Virus record (IMG/VR): IMGVR_UViG_3300032247_000044
Coordinates: 1 to 35,693 of that record
Direction: 5' to 3' (one strand)
DNA: 35,693 nucleotides
From: a virus
Taxonomy: Duplodnaviria; Caudoviricetes
Position 1 is the first letter of the stretch. Each line of letters starts with the position of its first letter. The notes beneath the pieces were generated by a model, which saw only the letters and a list, made by a program, of their open reading frames with translations, did not search any database and had not been told where the DNA came from. Shown piece after piece: positions 1 to 9,870 of the stretch. The translations under genes and the position numbers were made by a program.

Positions 1-1
1 C

Positions 2-2887
2 AAAATTGCTGCCCAAATGCAACAGCTGCAAGGCAATTTCGCAGAATTCGGAAAGACTGTTGAAAAGCAGGGCGGGTTCCTAGAGAAGTTTAAGGCTACG
101 GCTTCCGGCGTATTCGCAGGAAATCTGATGGTAACTGGACTCAACGCCATTAAAAGCGCCATTGGCGGAGCAATTCAAGACGCGCAAGAGTACGAAAAAC
201 TATTAAATCAAACCGCAGCTGTAATTGCCTCGACGGGAAATGTCGCGGGTATCAGCGTAAAGAGCCTCAAAGACCACGCCAGCCAATTAGAAAGTATCGC
301 GGCGGTTGATGAAAATGTAATCCTGCATGGCGAAAATGTGATTGCGACATTCACAAATATCCGCAATGTGGCAGGAAAAGGCAACGATGTATTCGACCAA
401 ACAACAAAGGCAGCGCTAGACCTCTCAGCGGCGCTCGGCCAAGACATGCAATCGTCGGCTATTCAATTAGGTAAAGCACTTAACGACCCGATTAAGGGAG
501 TATCTGCGCTGACCCGCGTGGGCGTAACATTCAGCGAAGAGCAAAAGAAAATGATTGCACAGCTGCAAAACAGCGGCGATACATTAGGCGCTCAAAAGAT
601 AATTCTCGCGGAAGTAAATAGAGAATTCGGCGGAGCTGCAAAAGCGGCCGGAGATACATTCGCTGGAGCAATATTCCGGGCTAAAGACAAGGCGCAAGAT
701 TTCGCTAGAGACCTAATAACAAACCTCCAACCTATTCTGCTCGGCATAGGAAAGACGATTGGCGATATTTACAACAACACTTTGAAGCCGCTATTTACTT
801 GGATTGGTAAAAACAAAGAAGCAGTAGGACTATTTGTTGGAATCCTCGGAACTGCTTACGCATTATTCAAAGCCTACGAAATTATTTTAGGAATAGTAGA
901 AGGAGCAACGGCTCTCTACACAGTAGCGGTAGCGTTGATGGCGGGAGCGCAATTAGAAGATGTCGTAGCAACGGAAGCGCAAACAGGAGCAATGGCGCTA
1001 CTTAACGCGGTAATGAACGCTAACCCGATTGGCCTCGTCGTACTTGCATTAGCGGCACTCGCGGCAGGATTTGTGTTTGCATGGAATCATTCAGAGACTT
1101 TCCGCAAAGTAGTTATTAACGCATTCCAAGCAGTAATGAGCGCGGTTAGTTGGGCGCTAAGAGCGCTAAGCGAATTCATTGACTTCGCAGGAAAGTATTT
1201 AATGCTGCCTTTCAAGGCATTACTAGGAGCGCTCTCACATCTACCCGGCGTCGGCAAATACGCAAAAGAAGCATTGTCGTTTATTGACAAACTACCAAAT
1301 ACGCTTAATGACGCAGCGGATAAAGTAGACTCGTTCTCTAAAAACCTAGATAAATTACAAAATAAAAAAATAAGTATTCCGGGATTCGGCGGAACAAAGA
1401 CTACTGACAAAGAAAAAATTAAAAAAGTAGAAGACCCAAACGCCGGACTAAGCGCGGCAGCTGCAAAAGCAGCGGCAGCTGCAGCGGCAAAAGCGGCAAA
1501 AGAAAACGCAAAAGCGATTGAAGCGGCAAACAAAGAAGTCACTAGCATTTACAAAAAAATGAATACCGCGATTGACGAAAGCAACAAGAAAGCAGCTGAC
1601 GCACTCAAAACCCGCGATGCAGATATTGTGGCGACAAAGGCTAAATACGCGGCTAAAGAAATAGAAATTACAAAGAAGAAAAACGACGAATTAGCCAAGA
1701 ATGAAGCGGACTGGACTAAGGCGTATACAAAGGCTAGAGAAGAAGCAGCCAAGCGCAACGCTAAAATTGAAGAAGAATACACAAAGAAGCAAACAGAATT
1801 ACATAAATCGGCTAACGACAAAATTGCTGCAGCGGAACAATCAGCGGCCGACAAACGCACATCTATTATCATGGCCTCGATTGACCGGTTACGCAACGCA
1901 TTCGCAAGCGGAACTGCGGCAAGCATTACAGATATTTTTAAGAGCGGTGCTACTACTGCCGACGCAATGATTGAGCAATTAAAAAACAAATTAAACGGCG
2001 CAAAAGAGCTGCAAAAAAATGCAGCGGCTCTACAAGCGGCCGGCTATTCACAAGTCTTTATTGAAGAAGTCGTTAAGAATGGTCCGGAAGTCGGAAATCA
2101 AATGGCTCAGGCGTTACTTAACGCTAATGCCGATACACAAACTCAACTGCAAAATCTTTACGGCCAAGTCAATGACACATCGGCGCATGGACTAGATGCA
2201 TTAGCCTCAACAATGAACTCCGGAGGAAAACTGGCAACGGAGGAATTGCTCAAACAATTCAGTCAAGTAACAGTAGACCTCAACGACACGCTCAGCACAA
2301 TTAACAAAGATTTATTAGATAACCTAGCAACAGCAAACGACGACTACAAGGCTAAATTGGCTGACTCAAAAGCCACATTAGACGATGCACTCGCGGCGGC
2401 TGACGAAGCATTGGCAGCTGCAAATACCGCTACGCTAAAAGATTTCAACGAAGCGCTCAAACAAAACTCGGCAGACCTCGCTGACGCATTGGCTACAATT
2501 CAATCAGATTACGAAGATAAGATTACTCAAATAGCAGCGGATACAAAAGACAAACTAGACGCGCTCAGCAAAGACCTCGACGCAACGGCTCAAAAACTCA
2601 AAGACCTCGGGGCAGCAAAAGACGCAGCGAATGCAATTACAAACTCGCCGGCTGCTAATTACTCACTAGTGCGAGTAGATTCTTCCGGTAATACAGAATC
2701 ATTCGACGCTGCAAAGGCAAAAGCATTAAACGGAAATAGAAATTATGTTTACAATTACAATGTAACGGGCGTAAACATGGCCGACCCGGCGGCAGCTGCA
2801 AAGCAAATCGACAATGCAGTAAAATTCGGAACACCGCAAGCGGTATCTAGCGTGGCCGATTGGCGACTTTGGGAGAGTACTCACTAA
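2..2887 (+). CDS. Tail tape measure protein (5' truncated; frame open to window edge)
   Basis: Long Ala/Lys-rich helical protein with TMP core motif (AIQLGKALNDPIKGVSALTRVGV), hydrophobic ANPIGLVV...AWNHSETFR segment and coiled-coil C-terminus; directly upstream of distal tail gene. Confidence 0.93.
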   Translation, partial: KIAAQMQQLQGNFAEFGKTVEKQGGFLEKFKATASGVFAGNLMVTGLNAIKSAIGGAIQDAQEYEKLLNQTAAVIASTGNVAGISVKSLKDHASQLESIAAVDENVILHGENVIATFTNIRNVAGKGNDVFDQTTKAALDLSAALGQDMQSSAIQLGKALNDPIKGVSALTRVGVTFSEEQKKMIAQLQNSGDTLGAQKIILAEVNREFGGAAKAAGDTFAGAIFRAKDKAQDFARDLITNLQPILLGIGKTIGDIYNNTLKPLFTWIGKNKEAVGLFVGILGTAYALFKAYEIILGIVEGATALYTVAVALMAGAQLEDVVATEAQTGAMALLNAVMNANPIGLVVLALAALAAGFVFAWNHSETFRKVVINAFQAVMSAVSWALRALSEFIDFAGKYLMLPFKALLGALSHLPGVGKYAKEALSFIDKLPNTLNDAADKVDSFSKNLDKLQNKKISIPGFGGTKTTDKEKIKKVEDPNAGLSAAAAKAAAAAAAKAAKENAKAIEAANKEVTSIYKKMNTAIDESNKKAADALKTRDADIVATKAKYAAKEIEITKKKNDELAKNEADWTKAYTKAREEAAKRNAKIEEEYTKKQTELHKSANDKIAAAEQSAADKRTSIIMASIDRLRNAFASGTAASITDIFKSGATTADAMIEQLKNKLNGAKELQKNAAALQAAGYSQVFIEEVVKNGPEVGNQMAQALLNANADTQTQLQNLYGQVNDTSAHGLDALASTMNSGGKLATEELLKQFSQVTVDLNDTLSTINKDLLDNLATANDDYKAKLADSKATLDDALAAADEALAAANTATLKDFNEALKQNSADLADALATIQSDYEDKITQIAADTKDKLDALSKDLDATAQKLKDLGAAKDAANAITNSPAANYSLVRVDSSGNTESFDAAKAKALNGNRNYVYNYNVTGVNMADPAAAAKQIDNAVKFGTPQAVSSVADWRLWESTH

Positions 2888-4005
2888 TGCCTACAGTATC
2901 TTCGCTTGCTAACTATTCATTTGCATTTAACGGGTATGTGTTCGGCGGCTCTAATTCAATGCATCAAATCCTCGCAGTAGACGGATTAGAAGCACTACCG
3001 GGAATTAGAAATCAAGACGACAACCGAGGCTACGCTGACGGAATGTTTACGGGTAACGATTTCTTATCCGGAAGAGACATTACTATAACTGTATTGACGC
3101 TGGGCAATTCCAGCACAGCTGCAATCTCGGCAGCAACAGCAACGGGAACCGGCGTTATTACCTATACCACCGCAACCGCGCATAATTTAGTCAGTAATCA
3201 AATAGTTACAATAACCGGCGTAATTTCTACGGGAAATCCAAGCGGAACAGCGGGAACCGGATTTAATCAGACATCGCAAGTAGCAACAGTCCTTAGCACT
3301 ACGCAATTCACAATACCCGTCACGCTAACCGATACCCGGACAAGCGGCGGAACTATGAACATGTCGTCAAGCGCACAATTTAATTACAATTTATTGCAGC
3401 AAAATCTATTGCCACAGACCAGCGGAACTACAGTAATGCAATTCCAAATGTCTACGGCAGGAGGCCTACAAAGAGTAAATGCTCGCGTGCGTCAAAACCG
3501 AACATTAGTAGACCCGGATTACACATACGGATTCATTAAAAGCCAATACACATTCTTCTGCGCTGACCCACGCTATTACGACGACACATTACAAACGGCC
3601 TCAATGACTGTAGGAAATCCACTAGGCCGTACATACAATCGCGTGTATCCATTGGTCTACGGCGGAGGCTCAACGGCTATTACCACTTCGGTAACAAATA
3701 ACGGCTGGGCAACGACTTACCCAACAATTACGCTCAATGGTCCTATAACTAACCCAATTCTAGGCAATACGACGCAGGGCTATTACATTACGATACAAGG
3801 CACTTATGCAAATACAGATACCATCGTTATAGATTTAGACAGCAAACTAATTACGCTTAACGGAGCAGCTGCAAGAAATCTAATTAGCGGAGGCTCAAAT
3901 TGGTTCAGCGCTCCTCCGGGAACATCTCAATTTTATTTAACTGGTACGGGTACACTTGCGGGTACGACGACAGCAACAGTATCATGGCGCTCGGCATACA
4001 TCTAG
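2887..4005 (+). CDS. Distal tail (Dit)-like protein with an inserted Thr-rich beta domain
   Basis: ATG overlaps TMP stop (TAATG); follows TMP; FFCADPRYY and NNGWATTYPTITLNGP motifs; ends WRSAYI as siphophage Dit proteins typically do. Confidence 0.8.
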   Translation: MPTVSSLANYSFAFNGYVFGGSNSMHQILAVDGLEALPGIRNQDDNRGYADGMFTGNDFLSGRDITITVLTLGNSSTAAISAATATGTGVITYTTATAHNLVSNQIVTITGVISTGNPSGTAGTGFNQTSQVATVLSTTQFTIPVTLTDTRTSGGTMNMSSSAQFNYNLLQQNLLPQTSGTTVMQFQMSTAGGLQRVNARVRQNRTLVDPDYTYGFIKSQYTFFCADPRYYDDTLQTASMTVGNPLGRTYNRVYPLVYGGGSTAITTSVTNNGWATTYPTITLNGPITNPILGNTTQGYYITIQGTYANTDTIVIDLDSKLITLNGAAARNLISGGSNWFSAPPGTSQFYLTGTGTLAGTTTATVSWRSAYI

Positions 4006-4015
4006 GAGAGAAAAA

Positions 4016-5146
4016 ATGGCATTAAGAACACCACCAAGCTGGCTACAGAATGGCTCTCACCCTGCCGAAAACGACCGCCTAACCGAGCAAGCGCTCTTTA
4101 ATACTACGGGCGTTATTGGATTAAGCGCCGTTTCAACCTCTTTACAAGTAACACAAAATAGCCCTGCCGGAATGAGCGTAATTGTAAAATCCGGTTACGC
4201 GGCAATCGTGGGCAACTATCAAAGCAACATGGGCGTATACACAGCATTTAACGACGCAGACGCGGTTGCAACTATTACAACGGCAAACGCTTCTAACCCA
4301 CGAATTGACCGAATTTGCATTACAGTCTCAGATGCTTATTACACCGGCTCACTCAATACTGTAAGCATAAATGTGGTCGCTGGAACGCCAGCTGCTTCAC
4401 CAACAGCACCAACAACGCCTACAAACTCAATTTCACTCGCTACTGTTGCAGTCGGAGCCGGCGTAACATCTATTTTAACGGCTAACATTACAGATACACG
4501 AACAGAGACAACTACATTACTTCCCGGCTTAACAGCAAGCGGAACAGCAACGCTAACAAATAAATCTCTCTCAGATTCAACTACCTACATTATTGACGCA
4601 ACTGACGCAACAAAAAGACTCAACATAGATGTAACTGGAACTACGGGTATTACCGGAGTATTGCAATCAGCATTTACTACAGCCAAAACATTAGTGCTAC
4701 CTGACGCGGCAGATACATTAGTAGCGCGTACTACCACCGACACATTAACAAACAAGTATTTACAAGCGCCAAACGAAGTAGTCAATATCGTTGGAACAGG
4801 ATTCGCTGGCTATACATTCGATGTTTTAAGCGGCGGAGTAGTTTACATAACCGCCAGCGCAACGGCTAACGGAACAGTTAATTTCCGAGGCAATTCCGGA
4901 ACAACATTAAATACAGTATTAAGTACAGGGCAATCGGTCAGTTGCGTATTACTCATTACAAACGGATCTACAGCGTATTACCCTACGGCTTACCAAGTAG
5001 ACGGCACATCAGTAACTCCAAAATGGGCTGGCGGAACAGCACCAAGCGCAGGAAACGCAAGCAGCGTAGATTGCTATTCTTTTACCATTATCAAAACAGC
5101 GTCAGCTACTTACACAGTAGTTGCGGCTCAAACTAAGTTCGCATAA
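4016..5146 (+). CDS. Minor tail / tail-fibre-like protein
   Basis: AGGAG RBS; actinophage minor tail motif (TANASNPRIDRI...VVAGTPAASP...ISLATV...ITDTR), LTNK repeats, C-terminal KWAGGTAPS...DCYSF fibre-tip-like domain. Confidence 0.75.
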   Translation: MALRTPPSWLQNGSHPAENDRLTEQALFNTTGVIGLSAVSTSLQVTQNSPAGMSVIVKSGYAAIVGNYQSNMGVYTAFNDADAVATITTANASNPRIDRICITVSDAYYTGSLNTVSINVVAGTPAASPTAPTTPTNSISLATVAVGAGVTSILTANITDTRTETTTLLPGLTASGTATLTNKSLSDSTTYIIDATDATKRLNIDVTGTTGITGVLQSAFTTAKTLVLPDAADTLVARTTTDTLTNKYLQAPNEVVNIVGTGFAGYTFDVLSGGVVYITASATANGTVNFRGNSGTTLNTVLSTGQSVSCVLLITNGSTAYYPTAYQVDGTSVTPKWAGGTAPSAGNASSVDCYSFTIIKTASATYTVVAAQTKFA

Positions 5147-5155
5147 GGAGGCACA

Positions 5156-5974
5156 ATGAGTCCATTACTAGCAGGATTTGCATTTGGCGGCGGCGCAGGA
5201 GTTCCCGGCGGCTCGCCGGTTGGTTTAGCACTTCAACAAACTATTACTAGTGGTACCTCAGTAACTATACCTGCGGGTATTAGTTGGGCTTATGCAATCC
5301 TTGTTGGCGGAGGAGGAGGTGGTAATTCATCTTCAACTCTTGGTTCGGGCGGAGGCGGAGGCGGCGTCACAGCTGGATGGATAAAAGTTTCAACTACTAC
5401 TCCTTGTGTTATTGGAGCGGGTGGTTCAGTTGGTGGTGCTGGGGGCATAACTTACATTGGTGGATTAGCAGCGGGAGGCGGAAGCGGCGGACAATCTGCC
5501 TCTACGGGAGTTTTAGGCGGAGCAGGAGGAGGTAATGGAAACTCTAACGGATACGCCGGAGGTATTAGTTTTTATGGAGGTCCACCCGGAGACAATACTC
5601 AATTTACCCCCGCTCATGGAGTAGGTGCCGGAGGCGCTGGTGCGTCTTCTATAGCCGGTAAAGGCGTTTCGGGCGGCGGAGGCGGCGCAAGCGGAGTAAA
5701 TGGTCAAGGCGCTGGCGGTACTGGCGGAATTACTGGCGGTGGCGGAGGAGTCGCAACTGCGGCATTTGGCGGAGCCGGTGGAGCAGGATTTTTTGCTGGC
5801 GGTTCGGCATCAACTGGCTCAGGTAACGGCGGTGGTGGAGGAGGAGGCCTACTAGCAGTGGGATCTAACTACTCAGGAACTACTGGCGGAGCAGGCGGCT
5901 CAGGCGGTGGCGGTGGTGGTGGTGGAACTACTGGCGCAGTTGGTGGCGGCGGTTGTATTCTTCTGTTTTACTAA
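5156..5974 (+). CDS. Glycine-rich virion/adhesin-like protein (paralog 1)
   Basis: GGAGG RBS; LQQTITSGTSVTIPAGISWAYAILVGGGGG N-terminus, poly-Gly body, GCILLFY C-terminus. Confidence 0.75.
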   Translation: MSPLLAGFAFGGGAGVPGGSPVGLALQQTITSGTSVTIPAGISWAYAILVGGGGGGNSSSTLGSGGGGGGVTAGWIKVSTTTPCVIGAGGSVGGAGGITYIGGLAAGGGSGGQSASTGVLGGAGGGNGNSNGYAGGISFYGGPPGDNTQFTPAHGVGAGGAGASSIAGKGVSGGGGGASGVNGQGAGGTGGITGGGGGVATAAFGGAGGAGFFAGGSASTGSGNGGGGGGGLLAVGSNYSGTTGGAGGSGGGGGGGGTTGAVGGGGCILLFY

Positions 5975-5991
5975 TGGACAAGGATATTTAA

Positions 5992-6750
5992 ATGGGTCTC
6001 AATACTGCAACGCCTTACGGGCTAACGCTTCAACAGACAATTACTTCGGGAACATCGGTTACTTTCCCAGCCGGTACTACTTGGGTTTATGCAATTCTTG
6101 TTGGTGGCGGAGGAAATGGAAGCGGTAACACTTATTTCACCGGTGGCGGTGGCGGTGGCGTTACTGCCGGCTTTGCGTATGTAAAAACTTCAACTCCTTG
6201 CGTAATTGGTGGAGCTGCAGGAGTAACTGTATTTAGTAATCTTGTTGCGGGGTTTGGCGGTACCTACAGCGCCACACAAATAGGAACTATCGGTGGCGGC
6301 GGTGCAGGAAATCAGGCTACTTCCGGAGGCGGTTTTAACGGCGGTACAGGTTTTTATGGTCAAGTTCCCGGCAAAGCAAGCACAACAATTTATGGCTATG
6401 GCGCTGCCGGTGCTGACTCTTCAACGCCGGGCGGTAGTGGAACTTCAGGTGGCGGAGGCGGCGCTAACGGCAGTTCGCCACCTACCGCTGGGTCTGCAGG
6501 TGGTGCTGGTTGGGTAGGCGGCGGAGGCGGTTGCGGTACTACTGGCGCAGCTGGCGGAAATAGTGTGTGGGGATTTACTGGCGGAGCTGGTACCAGTTAC
6601 TCAGGAGGCGGAGGAGCGGGAGTATTAGCCAATGGCAGCGTCGGTACCAGTTTTAATGGCGGTGCTGGCGGTTCTGGCGGCGGTGGCGGCGGCGGCGGCA
6701 GTTCTACCGGTGGCGCTGGCGGCAACGGCTGTATTCTTATTTACTACTAA
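5992..6750 (+). CDS. Glycine-rich virion/adhesin-like protein (paralog 2)
   Basis: YGLTLQQTITSGTSVTFPAGTTWVYAILVGGGG...GNGCILIYY; clear paralog of preceding gene. Confidence 0.75.
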   Translation: MGLNTATPYGLTLQQTITSGTSVTFPAGTTWVYAILVGGGGNGSGNTYFTGGGGGGVTAGFAYVKTSTPCVIGGAAGVTVFSNLVAGFGGTYSATQIGTIGGGGAGNQATSGGGFNGGTGFYGQVPGKASTTIYGYGAAGADSSTPGGSGTSGGGGGANGSSPPTAGSAGGAGWVGGGGGCGTTGAAGGNSVWGFTGGAGTSYSGGGGAGVLANGSVGTSFNGGAGGSGGGGGGGGSSTGGAGGNGCILIYY

Positions 6751-6766
6751 TAACTAAGGAGTTAAA

Positions 6767-6976
6767 ATGACAGTTCGATACGAATACAAATGCTCAAATT
6801 GCGGTCACGAATACGCCGAGCAACGCGGCGCAAACGAAGCACAATTCTTTGCAGAATGCAACAAAGGCGACGGCGGTACTTATGAATTAGTCAATGAAAT
6901 TAAATTGGCTGACAAAATTGAAGTACAAGCTGCGATCGAAAACACAAATCAAGAAATCGAAGCGCCTAAAAAATAA
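6767..6976 (+). CDS. Small Cys-containing (zinc-ribbon-like) protein
   Basis: AAGGAG RBS; YEYKCSNCGHEY motif. Confidence 0.65.
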   Translation: MTVRYEYKCSNCGHEYAEQRGANEAQFFAECNKGDGGTYELVNEIKLADKIEVQAAIENTNQEIEAPKK

Positions 6977-6992
6977 TTAGAAAGGTTGGCAA

Positions 6993-8102
6993 ATGGCTAC
7001 CACGCAATACCGGTATTTATTTGCCGACCTACGCACCAATACTATTCTCGCAGAGCTGCCAATTACCGGCGTTAATTTTACTCAGCAACTCAACAGCGCC
7101 GGAACATTATCAGGCCACTTGCTGCTCTCCGGAGTCAATGCGGCAGGATTAAATGTGGCTAACGGAACAATCCCCGGCCGAACTGCAATCTATGTAGACA
7201 GGAATGGGCAACTGGTTTGGGGCGGAGTGCTGTGGGGAAGAGAATACAACTCTACTTCTCAAACACTTACATTTACGGCTAGAGAATTCTTATCGTATTT
7301 TGAGCGTCGAAGAATCACTACAACTACGGCGTACACAAGTACAGACCAGCTGCAAATCGCGCAAGCACTTATTAGCAACGCGCAAGGAGTTACCGGCGGC
7401 AATATCGGGCTGCTCTACAATCAAGATTCAGGCTCTAGCAATACATCGGGCGTTCTAGTTTCACGCACTTATTACAATTACGAATACAAGCAAGTGCTAT
7501 CAGCGGTACAAGATTTAGCAACACAGACTAACGGATTCGATTTCGAAATTAGCGTGTATTACGACGGCGACGGAAACCCGGCAAAATCATTTAATACTTA
7601 TTACCCTAAAAATGGCAAAACTTATTCCAGCACATCTGCAACGGCTCCTGTATTTCAATTCCCCGGCAACATGGTGGAATACATTTATCCGGAAGACGGC
7701 ATTACAGCTGCAAACACAATTTACGCGCTGGGAGCAGGAAGCAACGAAGGCAAACTAATCCAAACGGCTACAGACTCGACAAAGCTGGCAGCGGGCTGGC
7801 CATTACTAGAAGACCAAGCAAACTATTCAGATATTACAGATAGCACGCTCTTGGCCGGATTAGCCTCATCTCAAATTACAGCGGTAAGTTACCCACCAAC
7901 TACGCTAAAAATAGTAGCGCCGCCAAGCCAAGTACCTACATACGGCTCATACGAAGTAAGCGACGAAGTGCGCGTTATTATCAACGACAACCGATTCCCG
8001 ACAGGATTAGACGCTATCTATAGAATTGTCGCATTAAGCGTTACACCCGGAGAAGATGGTCCGGAAAGAGTGACGCTAACTCTGACGACGGGAACATACT
8101 AA
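6993..8102 (+). CDS. Minor tail protein (baseplate hub/Tal-like, actinophage ReqiPepy6 gp37-like)
   Basis: YRYLFADL...ILAELP...LNSAG, IYVDRNGQLVWGG, GWPLLE motifs typical of actinophage minor tail proteins. Confidence 0.75.
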   Translation: MATTQYRYLFADLRTNTILAELPITGVNFTQQLNSAGTLSGHLLLSGVNAAGLNVANGTIPGRTAIYVDRNGQLVWGGVLWGREYNSTSQTLTFTAREFLSYFERRRITTTTAYTSTDQLQIAQALISNAQGVTGGNIGLLYNQDSGSSNTSGVLVSRTYYNYEYKQVLSAVQDLATQTNGFDFEISVYYDGDGNPAKSFNTYYPKNGKTYSSTSATAPVFQFPGNMVEYIYPEDGITAANTIYALGAGSNEGKLIQTATDSTKLAAGWPLLEDQANYSDITDSTLLAGLASSQITAVSYPPTTLKIVAPPSQVPTYGSYEVSDEVRVIINDNRFPTGLDAIYRIVALSVTPGEDGPERVTLTLTTGTY

Positions 8103-8317
8103 TGGGCTACATAAATCAGCCATTTCAATTAAAACCTTATTTCGACGACATACTCGCAAGAGTACGCAAGCTGGAAACGGCACAGCGATTCACAGTACCG
8201 ATTGTAACTACAGACCCTACGAATCCACGCAACGGAGACATGTGGTACAACTCGACTAGCAGCACATTAAAATTTGTAAACAGCGCTGGTACAATTAAGA
8301 CCATAACTCTTACATAA
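8102..8317 (+). CDS. Small tail-associated protein
   Basis: Coupled start (TAATG); RVRKLET coiled segment and DPTNPRNGDMWYN motif seen in tail proteins. Confidence 0.6.
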   Translation: MGYINQPFQLKPYFDDILARVRKLETAQRFTVPIVTTDPTNPRNGDMWYNSTSSTLKFVNSAGTIKTITLT

Positions 8318-8333
8318 CCCGAAAGGGCGCTGA

Positions 8334-8564
8334 ATGTCCACTGCCGACAAAATTAACGCTGCACGCTCATTATTAGAAATCATTGTAATTATAGGCGGGG
8401 GATTTCGGGTATTCTACAAACTCAACAAGCGGCTAGACAAGATTGAGTACCAGCTGTACGAAAACGGCGGAGGCAGCATGAAAGACCAAATGAATCGGCA
8501 AGACGAAACTCTGCATACATTGATGCTAGATTTAGCAGTCTTAAAGGCTAAATTAGGAGAATAA
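8334..8564 (+). CDS. Membrane protein of lysis cassette
   Basis: One N-terminal TM segment, ENGGGSMKD motif and coiled coil; directly before endolysin. Confidence 0.6.
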   Translation: MSTADKINAARSLLEIIVIIGGGFRVFYKLNKRLDKIEYQLYENGGGSMKDQMNRQDETLHTLMLDLAVLKAKLGE

Positions 8565-8565
8565 A

Positions 8566-9042
8566 ATGCCGGACATTCAGAAGGTATTAGCAGGAGCGGC
8601 AAGCCATGTCGGATACAAAGAAGGCGCTAATAACGATACGCCATTTGGGATTTGGTACGGCTTAAATCATCAACCTTGGTGCGCGATAAGCGCGTCTAAA
8701 ATCTTCTTTGACGCAGGGGCAATCTTAAGCGTAGCGCCTAAATCCAAGCCAAAAGGATTCGCCAGCTGCGACGAATGGATGAAGTACCTAGCCAAGAATA
8801 ATCAACTCGTGCCGGTCGGCCAAGCGCAAGCCGGAGACATCGTGTTCTACCAATTCGACGCTGACGCGGAGCCTGACCATGTAGGAATCGTAAAAGGCAA
8901 TAACTCGTTGCTCAAATACATTTATGCTTACGAAGGCAATACGGGTCCGGACAACAGCGGTAGTCAATCCAACGGAGACGGCTATTACATCAAGAAGCGT
9001 TCTTACTCGCTAATTATGGCAGTAGGAAGACCAAAGGAGTAA
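8566..9042 (+). CDS. Endolysin, CHAP/NlpC-P60-type peptidase
   Basis: GYKEG...WYG..QPWCA (catalytic Cys), GDIVFY, DHVGIV (His), EGNT; no obvious cell-wall-binding domain. Confidence 0.88.
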   Translation: MPDIQKVLAGAASHVGYKEGANNDTPFGIWYGLNHQPWCAISASKIFFDAGAILSVAPKSKPKGFASCDEWMKYLAKNNQLVPVGQAQAGDIVFYQFDADAEPDHVGIVKGNNSLLKYIYAYEGNTGPDNSGSQSNGDGYYIKKRSYSLIMAVGRPKE

Positions 9043-9044
9043 AG

Positions 9045-9293
9045 ATGAATAAAGCACTACAGGCAGCCCTAGCCTCATACGGCCGGGCAGCGATTGTGGC
9101 AATCGGCGTGGCAATTTCTACCGGCAAAACACAGCCTAAAGAATTGCTCGCAGCTGCGGCTATCGCCGTAATTGCACCGGCTATCCGGGCAATGAACCCT
9201 AAAGACGCAGCGTTCGGCATGGTGGCTGATGAAGCAACAGTCGAAATTAACAAGCTGGTCAAGGCAGATGCAAAGAAGTCCGCAAAAGGATAA
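9045..9293 (+). CDS. Holin
   Basis: Two hydrophobic helices, SYGR and RAMNPKDAAFG motifs, basic C-terminus; follows endolysin. Confidence 0.75.
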   Translation: MNKALQAALASYGRAAIVAIGVAISTGKTQPKELLAAAAIAVIAPAIRAMNPKDAAFGMVADEATVEINKLVKADAKKSAKG

Positions 9294-9306
9294 AAACTAA
9301 ATAGCG

Positions 9307-9354
9307 AAGAACCTCTATTCTGCCGGGGAAGCAGAGTGGAGGTTCTTGCATTTT
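9307..9354 (+). terminator. Probable intrinsic terminator closing the late/lysis operon
   Basis: AAGAACCTC-TATTCTGC-cggggaa-GCAGAGTG-GAGGTTCTT long stem followed by GCATTTT. Confidence 0.65.
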
Positions 9355-9382
9355 GTGGATAAGATGTGCATAAGGAGGCAAA

Positions 9383-9622
9383 ATGGGATTAGCAGACAAC
9401 CTCAGCGAAATTGCAATAAAGAAGAAAAACAAAAAAGAGTGCGCGTACATGGCAATGTACAACTCCTTAACGCCGGCAGACCAAAAGGCATTAGACGATG
9501 CATGGACTAAAGGGTATTCGGCAAACGAAGTGTTGATGGCGCTAAGAAAAGAAGGCGTCAAAAGCAGTAACGAAGCAATACGACGACACAGAATTGGCGG
9601 CTGCAAATGTCCGAAAAAATAA
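9383..9622 (+). CDS. Small HTH-like protein with C-terminal Cys
   Basis: GGAGG RBS; helical SANEVLMALRKEG..SNEAIRRHR..CKC pattern. Confidence 0.55.
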   Translation: MGLADNLSEIAIKKKNKKECAYMAMYNSLTPADQKALDDAWTKGYSANEVLMALRKEGVKSSNEAIRRHRIGGCKCPKK

Positions 9623-9870
9623 ACGAAATCCTAGAAGAGCGCCAAATAATTTACGGAGACGCGCATACCAATTTTGCAATTACCGGAAGAGTTTGGGGAG
9701 CGCTGCTCTCAACAGACGATATTCCGGCGTGGCAAGTCGCGCTAATGCTTGACGCTTACAAGAGCGTGCGGTGCATAGCAAATCCTATGCACGAAGATTC
9801 TTGGCAAGACAAATTAGGCTACACAATTCACGGCCGAGAGATTGCGATGACTGATGAGCCTACAGGATAA
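9607..9870 (+). CDS. DUF6378-like phage protein
   Basis: ERQIIYGDAHTNF...W...VALML...K..R......HEDSWQDKLGY pattern. Confidence 0.65.
   Translation: MSEKINEILEERQIIYGDAHTNFAITGRVWGALLSTDDIPAWQVALMLDAYKSVRCIANPMHEDSWQDKLGYTIHGREIAMTDEPTG

Noticed and set aside
1087-1989. Long minus-strand ORFs within the tape measure gene, and similar ones elsewhere
   Set aside because: Antisense shadows with no recognisable motifs, fully overlapping well-supported + strand genes
5900-6750. Similar 3' ends of the Gly-rich genes as a diversity-generating retroelement TR/VR pair
   Set aside because: No reverse transcriptase; differences are not adenine-specific; ordinary paralogy explains it
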